A stretch of 62,616 bases of DNA, counting the filler, from Candidatus Desantisbacteria bacterium CG1_02_49_89 (lineage in GTDB: Bacteria > Desantisbacteria > UBA1551): the NCBI GenBank assembly GCA_001871075.1. It is 5 parts of 5 records of this genome, joined end to end, with 100 filler letters (N's around TTAATTAATTAA, not from the genome) between each part and the next. Parts side by side here need not be neighbours in the genome. Positions count along the whole stretch, not along the records: positions 32,228 to 43,499 come from MNUP01000001.1; 4 more parts are not named here. One strand, given 5' to 3'. The notes beneath the pieces are model-generated. The model saw only the letters and a program-made list of their open reading frames with translations. It made no database searches and was not told the DNA's origin. Both the position numbers and the translations under genes were made by a program. Of the stretch, positions 32,228-41,107 are shown in pieces (the stretch's first letter is position 1; each line of letters starts with the position of its first letter).

Positions 32228-32490
32228 TTTTCTGCTCATCCTTTAAAACAATAATCTTTCTGTTGGGGATAAGACATACGGTTACTTCCTGCTCTGGAAA
32301 TCGTCCTACTTTCCAGGTTCTGCCTTCGAGAGTACCCACCCCCCTCACCCTACCCCTCTCCCTCGAGGGGAGAGGATAAAGGAGAGGGTGATTATTACCT
32401 GATTTTTAAACCAGCCAGCCTAAATAATTTTCCCCCGGCTATGTGACACTTTGATTGTTCCCAATGTGACCTTTTGATTATTTCCGCACA
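32228..32490 (-). mobile_element. Non-autonomous IS remnant (TGT end with internal repeated motifs; IS481/ISNCY-like), copy 1
   Basis: Highly similar to 54436-54700. Minus strand begins TGTGCGGAAATAATCAAAAG with a repeated ATCAAA motif and carries a short fragment GTLEGRTWKVGRFPEQEVTVCLIPNRKIIVLKDEQK. Confidence 0.6.
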
Positions 32491-32571
32491 GGAAAAATAA
32501 AAAACCGCCATAAAAGCAGGCGGGATTTTCAAGGATAAAACCCACGTTTAATCTCAGTGACGAAGAAAAAA

Positions 32572-33411
32572 CTAGCGCAAGGACCTATCGGAACCGAACC
32601 ACTTGTTAAAGATCTCGATGTATCTTTTCGAGAGCTTCAGCTCGGAAATAAGCGCGTTGAACCACGGTATGCAATGCCATTCCTCGCTTTTCTTGGTCTC
32701 ATCAGAACCCTTGGGGAACATCACGCAGTAGAAATCCTGGCTTAGCCTGCCCGGGACCACCCTGTAACCCGTATGCTCCAGGCATATATTTTCGGCAAGA
32801 AGGCCGTCGCACACGAAAGCGTCCGCCTTCTCCCTTAAAAGCATCGAGAACGCTTCAGCCTCGTCCTTTACTATGCTTATGCCCGCGTTCTTGAACTTCC
32901 TGTTCGCGACCTGCTTCCCGCGTGTCCCTTCAACCACCGCTATCCGCACGCCCTGTTTGTCCAGAGCGTCGCAGCTTTTCACATCCGGTCCCTTTTCGGT
33001 GACGATAACTGCCTGGCCCGACTGGAAATACGGCTCGCTGAACCTGTAAAAGACTGCCAGGTCAATGGTTCTCGGCGCGCCTGAAAGCACGATATCGCAC
33101 TCCGGATTCTCAAGAAGGCCTTCGGGCTTGATCTCAATAAGGCTGAGTTTCACACCCAGCATGTCCGCCAGCTCCGCGGCGATGTCAGCGTTGAACCCTG
33201 TAATGTTTCCCTGTTCGTCCGCAAACGCAAACGGAGGGCAGCCTGTGACCACGCCCACTTTTATCTCTCCGTTGGCGATAACGTCTGAGATCAGGTCCTG
33301 GGCATCTGCGACTGCCAAAGGAAAACATAATACCGCTGCCGCAGCGGCGATCATCAAAAATTCCGCTGGGGAAAATTTTCGGGCCAAAATAGTTCTGTTG
33401 TTCTTTTTCAA
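32572..33411 (-). CDS. Amino-acid ABC transporter substrate-binding protein (family 3)
   Basis: GEIKVGV...PPFAF...GFNADIAAELA...FSEPYF...IFNKWFG. Confidence 0.85.
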   Translation of the reverse strand: MKKNNRTILARKFSPAEFLMIAAAAAVLCFPLAVADAQDLISDVIANGEIKVGVVTGCPPFAFADEQGNITGFNADIAAELADMLGVKLSLIEIKPEGLLENPECDIVLSGAPRTIDLAVFYRFSEPYFQSGQAVIVTEKGPDVKSCDALDKQGVRIAVVEGTRGKQVANRKFKNAGISIVKDEAEAFSMLLREKADAFVCDGLLAENICLEHTGYRVVPGRLSQDFYCVMFPKGSDETKKSEEWHCIPWFNALISELKLSKRYIEIFNKWFGSDRSLR

Positions 33412-33412
33412 A

Positions 33413-34807
33413 TCAGTCTCCCGGCTCGATCTCGGGCATCCCTATGGTTATCTTCCCAGGAGGGAAGTATACGTATTTATAATAAAGCCTTGTAATCCGG
33501 CCTTTACCCGCGCACGTAGGGCAAATACCCGAACCGCCGCACCACCCGCAGGTAAAAGGCATGAGCATCGCGCTGACCGTTTTCCCGCTGCCCCCGCACC
33601 CCGGGCAGGCCTTTGCGCCGCCGCACACGGGGCATGTTATTTCTCTGCTTGAACTTTCCTTTTTTACTTTCCCGCCGTAATACTGCTCAAGCGCCTGCGC
33701 TGCCCTGGGGCGGTACGCATCATAATTCAGCAGTTTTGTCAGGAACTGCAGGGTTTTTTCCTCCCCGAACTTCGCAAGGAAGAACGCGTTTTTCAGGCGC
33801 GCGTCAAAACTTCCCTCTCTTTCAACCATCTTTCTTCCTGCCTGCTCTATCGCTGATTTACCCATTCTGCTCAGAGATCCTGCCGCGTAATTCCTGATCT
33901 CCCCGCTGGCGTCATCCATGGCTTCAAGCAGCGCGGGAACCGCGGAAGTATCCCCGATAGTACCCAGCGCTTCGGCAGAATATTTCCTTTCCTCTTCGTT
34001 TTTGCTCCGGTCGCCCAGGTTATCCGCCAGCGCAATGACCGCGGGTTTACCGAGTTTTGCCAGCGATATGACTATGTATTTTCTGATGTCTATGCTCCTG
34101 TCATCAAGCGCTTTTATAAGGGCCGGGATAACCGCGGTATCTTTGGTTTTTTCAAGCGCTTTGCCCAGGGCTATCGCGGCGTACATCTTCGTGCTTCTCG
34201 CAGACAGCGCCTTCAATAACGCGGGAACCGCGGCCTCGCCCATATTTCCGAGCACGTAGGCAGCGCTTACGCGCAGCGCTACTTCCCTGTCTTTCCTGAG
34301 CACACCGCTAAGCACCGTTATCGCGGCCGTGTCTCCGATCTTACCCAGGGAGGTTATGGCGCGCTCCCTATTCGCGGCAACCTTGTCCTTCAGGGCTTCT
34401 GCCAGGGCAGGAACCGCGGCAGGGCCGCCTATCTCGCCCAGGATCTCGGCGGTGAGCCCCCTTATTTCTTTATCAGGGTCCTTCAGCATCTTTGCCAGGA
34501 CCGGGGTTATGGAACTGTCGCTGAGCCTGGCAAGGGCCTCAACGGCGGATCTTCTTACAGCCGCGGAACCGTCTTTAAGCGCGTCAACCAGCGCGGTGAT
34601 CGCGGACGCGTCTCCGTTTTCGCCAAGGATTTCCGCCGCGCGTTCCCTCACCTTGCTATTTTCATTTTTCAGCAGGTCAAGCAAAACAGGCAGGGGAACG
34701 GTATTGCCGATCTCCTCGGGATTTACAATTCCCGCGCTGCGGGACGAAGCCGGCGCATAGACGCAGAAAAGCAACAAAAATATTATAATACCCGCGATCC
34801 TTTTCAT
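33413..34807 (-). CDS. Secreted HEAT-repeat protein with a C-terminal DnaJ-like zinc finger
   Basis: Signal peptide; repeated VRxxAAxALGxIGDxxAVPAL units; CPVCGG/CPGCGGSG/CGWCGGSG/CPTCAGKG. Confidence 0.85.
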   Translation of the reverse strand: MKRIAGIIIFLLLFCVYAPASSRSAGIVNPEEIGNTVPLPVLLDLLKNENSKVRERAAEILGENGDASAITALVDALKDGSAAVRRSAVEALARLSDSSITPVLAKMLKDPDKEIRGLTAEILGEIGGPAAVPALAEALKDKVAANRERAITSLGKIGDTAAITVLSGVLRKDREVALRVSAAYVLGNMGEAAVPALLKALSARSTKMYAAIALGKALEKTKDTAVIPALIKALDDRSIDIRKYIVISLAKLGKPAVIALADNLGDRSKNEEERKYSAEALGTIGDTSAVPALLEAMDDASGEIRNYAAGSLSRMGKSAIEQAGRKMVEREGSFDARLKNAFFLAKFGEEKTLQFLTKLLNYDAYRPRAAQALEQYYGGKVKKESSSREITCPVCGGAKACPGCGGSGKTVSAMLMPFTCGWCGGSGICPTCAGKGRITRLYYKYVYFPPGKITIGMPEIEPGD

Positions 34808-34840
34808 TCTCTTCCTCTTTTACTCATCCGGAATGGAAAT

Positions 34841-35437
34841 CTAGCGGTTTATATTATACAATACAGGGATCTTGATCGAAAGGGCGTATCTCATTGGCGA
34901 CGGGGGAAAAGGCGCGGCGCTTTTCACGAGCTGCACCGCATCATCATCCAGAGATTTAGACCCGGAAGACTTTGCCACATCAATGCCCGCAACGCTTCCG
35001 TCACGCAGGATCTTGACCTTCAGGATAACTTCGCCTTCTTCCTCTCTGTCATAAGCTTCCTTAGGGTATTTCCTCCTGGATTTAACGTCGTTCAGCTTCT
35101 GCAAGATCAGGCCCAGGTAGGGATTCATTATCTCGCTTGTCAGATCGCTGGAAATCTCGGGTTGGGCCGGCTCTTCAGGCTGGGAGACTGCCTGCTCAGG
35201 TTGCGGCTCGTGCGTGAAATTATCGGATATCTCTTCCCTTGCAGGCTCTTTTGGGACCTCTATCTTTTTTTGTTCTTCCGGAGGTTTATCGGGAGGCGGC
35301 CTGCGCAGGCTCATAAGGTCCACCTCGATAAACTGCGCCGCGGTATTCGGTATTGTCAGGTTTATCGCGCTTGTGAGCATCAGCAGGTGAACGCCCGCTG
35401 AAATTCCCAGGAAAATGTAAAACCTTCTATTAAGCAA
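34841..35437 (-). CDS. TonB-family energy transducer
   Basis: N-terminal TM with SAGVH (SxxxH), Pro/Glu-rich linker, YPKEA...EGEVIL...SSG...LDDDA...APFP. Confidence 0.85.
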   Translation of the reverse strand: MLNRRFYIFLGISAGVHLLMLTSAINLTIPNTAAQFIEVDLMSLRRPPPDKPPEEQKKIEVPKEPAREEISDNFTHEPQPEQAVSQPEEPAQPEISSDLTSEIMNPYLGLILQKLNDVKSRRKYPKEAYDREEEGEVILKVKILRDGSVAGIDVAKSSGSKSLDDDAVQLVKSAAPFPPSPMRYALSIKIPVLYNINR

Positions 35438-35759
35438 TTATTTCCCCTTTCTTTTAATAGAGGTAGTCTATTATATACTATTACATGGAAATGTCAAGTT
35501 GAGGCGTAGCCGAAATCCCCCCGTTTTGATTTGCCCGAAGAGCCATCAGCTCGCAGGGAGCAAATCCGGGGGGAGAGAAAATCCCACATTCAAACCCAGA
35601 GACGAAGACCCCGGCAGCTTAATTTCGCAGAAATTAGCAGGGGTCAAGAAAACAATCGGGCGTGATCCTCCAAACTGACTGGCGGACAGGCACCGCTACA
35701 AAATCCCCCTTAATCCCCCTTTGTCAAAGGGGGAAAACGGTTCGTTCGGGGAACGATCC

Positions 35760-37706
35760 CTACTTAATAAGGATTATTACAACACGGCGGTTCTTTGCCC
35801 TGCCCTCGTTCGTGTTGTTGGAAGCAACCGGCTCGTCTTCGCCGTAACCCATTGTGACCATACGGTCCCCGCCGACCCCTCTGCCGGAGAAGAACGCCCC
35901 TGCCGCGTCTGCCCTTTTCTCCGAAAGCTCGAGATTGGTTCTCTGGTCGCCTGCCGCATCGTTATGGCACTCTATTATTATCTTGTTCTTCGGATACGCT
36001 TTCAGGACATCTGTTATCCTGCCCAGGATATCTTCAGCGGCAGCCGAAAGGCTCGCGCTTCCGGCTTCAAAAAGCGCGTCCCCCTGAACGGTCATGCTTA
36101 TCTCATCCCCGGTTTCCTTTATAACCGCTCCCGCGGCCTTTGCCTCCGCCTTCGCTCTCTCCGGGTCTTTCACAGCGGATTTTACGGGCCTGGGCTCATC
36201 CTTCAATTCCATTATCTGTATCACCTCGTCCACGAATATCTGCTGTGTGTCGATCTGCAGGCCTGCGTGGTATAAGGTGATAATGGGCGCCCCTGATCTT
36301 ATGTCCTTGAAGTAAAAACTCCCCACTCCGGACGTAACCGCCACAGACCTTACGTCGGACCAGGGCGCTTCCGCTTCCGAGAATTTCGCGGACCTTGACG
36401 TTGTGTAAAGCACTACTGTGTCGTTGAAATTCTTGTCCGGTTTTCCCTGCGCGTCCTGCGCGATAATGATGATCCTGGACGATATCCCGCCCAGGGTCAT
36501 CCTTGTCGAAGGAGTGATAAATTTGAGAGCTGCCGCGCCTGTCTTTAGCGGAGGTGAGAATATAATGGAAAGTCCCATTCGGTGGCTCCCGAACGCGCTG
36601 TCGATCCCGGAAAAAGGATATATAAAAGCGTAATCAAGCTGGTAGCTGGACTGGTTATCCCACGGCGTGAAAACATAACTTGCGCCTGCCGTTATCTGGC
36701 GGTAACTCCTGCTCCCAAACCCGAATCCTCCGCGCACGGCAACTGGTATGCCGGAGATCCTCCATTCTATCCCGGAATTCACAAAGTAATCATATCTGCG
36801 CGAGGTAAGGTCGGCTGATACGCTGTATTCACCCGCCCTGTAACTCACCCCGATCTTTGAGGAGCTGGAAACATAGTTGTTAACCGCGTATTCCGGATCG
36901 GGGCTCTGCAGGTTCATGTCCGGCTGGTTAAAATCCTTAAGGCAAATCCCGACCGACCAGTTCCGGCTGATAGCGACGAAGAATCCTATGTCGAAGCTTA
37001 TTCCCAGAACAGACGTTCCCTTGCTGAAAAGAGGATCCTGCATGCCCTCGATCCAGTTATAATACGGGTCATACCCCCACTGGCTCTCGGCGTAATGCAG
37101 CTCTAATATTTTGAAATTAACACCGAGCGACACTCTTTCGGTCAGTTTCCGCCCATAGGAAAAAATATAGGAATTCTCGGTATAGAGAGTGGAAGCATGA
37201 CGGTTTATCCAGGACACCCCCATTGCTCCGACCTTCTCGTCAAAAGGCCTGACATAGCAAAGGAACCCGTCGCCTATATCGTTTCTTTCAGCGGGATAAT
37301 CAAGCCCGGGGAACAGAAGAGCGTAAGACAACCCCATCTGGCTGTTCGTTATCTGGGCAAGGCCGGCAGGATTGTAATATGACGCCATAAAATCATCCGC
37401 AAGGCCTGTAAACGCTCCTCCCATGCCCAGGGCCCTGGGACCCATGCCGATGTCCAGGAAGGACGCGTGGCAGACAGCTGGAAGCTGGATGCTGAAAGCT
37501 GAAAGTAAAAGGAATAACAGAATTTTTAGTGCCCTTCCCTTAAATTTTACATTTTGTCGCCACTTCGGCGACCCGCCGCAGGGGCGGGACTTTTGCACTT
37601 TGTCCGCCCAGATCAAACCTGGGGCGAGATCTCGCCCTGCCTTTACGCAGGGCGGAATCCTTGAGCCATGAACCATGAGCCATGAGCTATGAGCTATTTT
37701 AATCAT
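35760..37706 (-). CDS. PorV/PorP-like beta-barrel fused to one Ig-like repeat and a C-terminal OmpA peptidoglycan-binding domain
   Basis: ATG at 37706 after GAGGTG; GPRALGMGGAFTGLADD...YYNPAGL; DYAFIYP...GSHRMGLS; LFEAGSASL...NLELSEKRA...GYGEDEPVASN...GRAKNRRV. Confidence 0.85.
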   Translation of the reverse strand: MIKIAHSSWLMVHGSRIPPCVKAGRDLAPGLIWADKVQKSRPCGGSPKWRQNVKFKGRALKILLFLLLSAFSIQLPAVCHASFLDIGMGPRALGMGGAFTGLADDFMASYYNPAGLAQITNSQMGLSYALLFPGLDYPAERNDIGDGFLCYVRPFDEKVGAMGVSWINRHASTLYTENSYIFSYGRKLTERVSLGVNFKILELHYAESQWGYDPYYNWIEGMQDPLFSKGTSVLGISFDIGFFVAISRNWSVGICLKDFNQPDMNLQSPDPEYAVNNYVSSSSKIGVSYRAGEYSVSADLTSRRYDYFVNSGIEWRISGIPVAVRGGFGFGSRSYRQITAGASYVFTPWDNQSSYQLDYAFIYPFSGIDSAFGSHRMGLSIIFSPPLKTGAAALKFITPSTRMTLGGISSRIIIIAQDAQGKPDKNFNDTVVLYTTSRSAKFSEAEAPWSDVRSVAVTSGVGSFYFKDIRSGAPIITLYHAGLQIDTQQIFVDEVIQIMELKDEPRPVKSAVKDPERAKAEAKAAGAVIKETGDEISMTVQGDALFEAGSASLSAAAEDILGRITDVLKAYPKNKIIIECHNDAAGDQRTNLELSEKRADAAGAFFSGRGVGGDRMVTMGYGEDEPVASNNTNEGRAKNRRVVIILIK

Positions 37707-37714
37707 AATGCACC

Positions 37715-38977
37715 TCACTTTGCCAGTATTATTATTCCTTTCCATGTATCATAGCCTACCTTGGCCTGCCATATATAGATGCCCGCGTCCGCGGGATCGC
37801 TCCTGCCGGCACCCTCAAAATTGTAGTTCCCATCCCATGAGATCCATGACATTCCCTGAAGTATTTCCTTCCTATAGACCTTTGCTCCGTTAAGGTCGTA
37901 TATTTCAAACACCCCTGCTTCCTGGGCAGCGGGGAACTTGAAGTAAGCAGCGTCGCTGTATCCGTCACCGTTCGGCGTGAACGGATTGGGGAAAGCGCCG
38001 TAATTGGGGAACCCGGGCTCCTGCTGCATGCTGAGGTCCGCAACCGCCCAGTAAGACAGGTTGTAGGTCTGCGAGGTTACCGTCTGCGCGGCCATGTCTA
38101 TGACGCTATGTATCCTCATCCACTTATCGCCAAGCCATTTGAAATTAGAAAGCCTGCGCGGTATGTCGTCCACCTTGACGGAAGTCCCCTTGACCTTGCC
38201 CCTGTAAATATCATACGCGAACCTGAGTTCCAGCGGGGCCGAGAACTCGGTGATGTACGTCGAGGTGCCGAAGACCTTGCAATAAACCTCACAGAAATTC
38301 GCCAGGCCCTTCTTAGCCCACGCCGGTATCGGCAGCTCGTCAAGCGAAAGGAGCTTGATGTTCAGCACCACCATGCCGGTCGAAGCCCCGAAAGCGGAAT
38401 CCGGCCTGGGTATCCTGAGCAGGACCCTTGAATCTCCCTGCGCCACAACCTCTATGGTCACTGAATCCGGGGTTGACGCGCTGAATATACCGCCTTCAGT
38501 GCTTATGCCGGTCGGGACCGGATCGGAAAGATCTCCGGCCTCATAATCCGTCCTTAAAGCGAAAACCGAATAGCTGTAGATCGTGTCCCCGGCGACCTGG
38601 GAATCCAGGTACGTGTCGCCGTACACTAAGAACGACACCGTGCTCCCGTCCGGATTGGTCCTTATTATGCAGTAGGTTTCCACCGCCATATCAGACGAGA
38701 ACATGAGCAGTATCCCGGTATCGCCGGCTGTGAGCCTGGCCTGGACAGTGGAGATGCCGGAGACCGGTTTCCCGGCAAGAAGCACACCGGCCGCAGTGTC
38801 AGAACCGGACAGCACCGGAGCGTTGCCGCCAATCCAGTAAACGCCGGTGCAGGTGTTGGTTATAAGCACTGCCGCCCCTGCCTCTTCGGCGGGCGGTCCA
38901 AACAGGCCCAAAATGGGTATGCCTGCCCCAAGCGCTGTTAGAACCAGGCCCAGGATAAGCGTCTTTCTGAAACTCAA
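37715..38977 (-). CDS. Putative pilus base/anchor: signal peptide, donor hairpin, FN3-like domain, T9SS type-B-like CTD
   Basis: TTG at 38977 after AAGGAG; ITNTCTGVY...LSGSDTAAGVL matches the N-termini of the two small DUF11 proteins; C-terminal FPNPFTPNGDG...IYDLNG...WDG...AGIYIW...KGIIILAK. Confidence 0.75.
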   Translation of the reverse strand: MSFRKTLILGLVLTALGAGIPILGLFGPPAEEAGAAVLITNTCTGVYWIGGNAPVLSGSDTAAGVLLAGKPVSGISTVQARLTAGDTGILLMFSSDMAVETYCIIRTNPDGSTVSFLVYGDTYLDSQVAGDTIYSYSVFALRTDYEAGDLSDPVPTGISTEGGIFSASTPDSVTIEVVAQGDSRVLLRIPRPDSAFGASTGMVVLNIKLLSLDELPIPAWAKKGLANFCEVYCKVFGTSTYITEFSAPLELRFAYDIYRGKVKGTSVKVDDIPRRLSNFKWLGDKWMRIHSVIDMAAQTVTSQTYNLSYWAVADLSMQQEPGFPNYGAFPNPFTPNGDGYSDAAYFKFPAAQEAGVFEIYDLNGAKVYRKEILQGMSWISWDGNYNFEGAGRSDPADAGIYIWQAKVGYDTWKGIIILAK

Positions 38978-39100
38978 ATCCCTCTCCTTAAGGCGGTCTT
39001 TGGGCAGACCACCCCTGTTTCCCGTCAATCTCGCTATGAACTTAGTATAAGTGCGGAACCAGATTGCCTTTTTCTGTTAAAGGATCAACGGTTTAGTGAC

Positions 39101-39233
39101 TGTCATTGCGAACGGCAGTGAAGCAATCCGACGAAGTCGTTGCGAGCGATAGCGAAGTCCCGAAGGTCCCAACGGGATCCCTTTGGGACAATCTCATGTC
39201 TGGATTGCCACGGGCTTCGCCCTCGCAATGACA
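39101..39233. repeat. GTCATTGCGA...GAAGCAATC...GATTGC...CGCAATGAC palindromic repeat family
   Basis: Related copies at about 31501-31530 (half), 40054-40148, 45037-45120 and 62468-62552. Confidence 0.8.
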
Positions 39234-39409
39234 AACAATACTTCAAACTTCTCCGTTCCTTAAGTCATTTTTAAACAGTCTTATGTTAAAAGGTCCTTGG
39301 GACCTTTAATCTTCTTAAGGCTCTAAGAATCGGCTGAATGCTGGATGCTGAATGCTAAATGCCGAATGTTATTAAACATCCAGCTTCCAGCATATAACAT
39401 CTAGCTGAG

Positions 39410-39907
39410 CTAGTCGACGGTTGCCCTGAAGCTGAACACTCCGTTCCCTGCAGGTCCGGGGTCAGATCCCGCAACACCGGTAGCCGTATACTGAACTGTG
39501 GCACCACCGGTATATGAAACCTTTACCCCGTTCGCGATCGTGTCACCTGACATACTGCTGTAAGTGAATCCCGCGGGCACATAGTCAGTCAGCGCCATTG
39601 TGTCAGAAGCCGCCTCTCCGCTGTTAGACCAGACAACCGTGAACTCCACGGTGTCTCCCGAAAGGATGTTCACGCTTCCCCCGCTTGTCTGCCCGGTGCG
39701 CAGGTTCGTGATCGACTTCGCGATCGTCAGGGCAGGAAGACCCTGAAGACGCCCTATCGCGTTATCTGAACCCGACAGCGCTGCCTCCCTTCCCACAACC
39801 TCATACTGCCCGGTGCAGGTGTTCGTTATGTCCGTCGCTGCCATTACCGGACCCGCAACCAACGCCAATCCGACTGCTACCGCCAAAACCATAAACACTT
39901 TACACAT
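39410..39907 (-). CDS. Small secreted circularly permuted DUF11 protein (putative pilin 2)
   Basis: ATG at 39907 after AAGGAGG; signal peptide ending VMA; ITNTCTGQY; LTIAKS...GDTVEFTVVWSNSG...LTDYVPAGFTY...FSFRATVD*. Confidence 0.85.
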   Translation of the reverse strand: MCKVFMVLAVAVGLALVAGPVMAATDITNTCTGQYEVVGREAALSGSDNAIGRLQGLPALTIAKSITNLRTGQTSGGSVNILSGDTVEFTVVWSNSGEAASDTMALTDYVPAGFTYSSMSGDTIANGVKVSYTGGATVQYTATGVAGSDPGPAGNGVFSFRATVD

Positions 39908-40400
39908 CCTACCTCCTTTAAATTTTTGGAACTTGTTACTTGAACCTTGGAACTTGAACCCCACAAACCACTGACTGTTACTTGAAACTGTTATTTACTG
40001 ATTATTGGAAGAATTGTTACTAACTACTGAATTTCGCAAAATAGATTTACAGCTGTCTTTGCGAGTCCCGACAAGCCGGGACGAAGCAATCTCGTTTTTA
40101 ACGACGGGATTGCCACCCCGCCACGAATATTGGCGGGTCGCAATGACATCAAAAAGCATCAACCAATTAAGGGAAAACCAGTAAAGTGAGTTTTTCTCTC
40201 GATTTTTGCATTCCTTAAGCCGTATGTGAATAGTCTTATGCTAAAAGGTCCTTGTGACCTTTAATCTTCTTAAGGTTTAATTTTCCCAACTTTAATTATG
40301 AGTTATGAATTATGAGTTATGAATCAACAACAAGGAGTTTTTTTAAATATAAATTCCATGCCTTTAATTCATAATTCAGCATTCATAATTCATAATTGCG

Positions 40401-40910
40401 TTAGTTGACGTTCACCCTAAAGCTGAACGCGCCCTGAGCCTTCGCACCCGGGTCTGTTCCAGCCGCTGCAGTGCAGGAGAAAGTGATCATCCCGCCTGAT
40501 TCGGATATCGCCGGGTTCGTGCAATTCTGCGCGCTGGTGAAAGTCTCGGTGCCTGTGATGAACGTCATGCCCGAAGGCACATAGTCAGAAAACACGACCG
40601 TATCCGCAGATGCCTCCCCGTCGTTTGACCAGGTGATGTCGAACTGAAGCGTGTCACCTGAAAGCATATTGACGCTGTTCGGATCAGACTGACCTGAACG
40701 CAGGTTGTTGATAGACTTCGCTATCACAAGCGCCGGGCTTACCTGAAGCCTTCCCACAGCCGTGTCCAGGCCTGACAGAGCCGTTGAGAGCCCTGTCACC
40801 GTGTACTGCCCGGTGCAGGTGTTTGTGATGTCCGTCGCTGCCATCGCCGAACCCGCAACCAGGCCAACCAACAAACCAACTACCAAACCAACCACCATTC
40901 TGTTAAACAT
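40401..40910 (-). CDS. Small secreted circularly permuted DUF11 protein (putative pilin 1)
   Basis: AGGAGG RBS; signal peptide ending AMA; ITNTCTGQY; LVIAKS...GDTLQFDITWSNDG...FSDYVPSGMTF...FSFRVNVN*. Confidence 0.85.
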   Translation of the reverse strand: MFNRMVVGLVVGLLVGLVAGSAMAATDITNTCTGQYTVTGLSTALSGLDTAVGRLQVSPALVIAKSINNLRSGQSDPNSVNMLSGDTLQFDITWSNDGEASADTVVFSDYVPSGMTFITGTETFTSAQNCTNPAISESGGMITFSCTAAAGTDPGAKAQGAFSFRVNVN

Positions 40911-41107
40911 ACTGCCTCCTTTTGTATTTGTGGAACTTGTTACTTGGAACTTGTTACTTGTTACTGGAAACTACTGACTGTTCAACTCAACAAATTGTTC
41001 AATTCAATGATCGTTCAGATCAAATAGTGGTTCAAATCAACTGAATGTTCAAGGATTTCTTGAAGTCAACTTTTAACTTTTTTTTAACCTTTAACTTTTA
41101 ACCTGTT

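Noticed and set aside
39410-40910. Type IV, sortase-dependent or type V pilins
   Set aside because: No class III signal (G/FxxxE), no LPxTG motif and no lipobox; both have ordinary Sec/SPI-type signal peptides.
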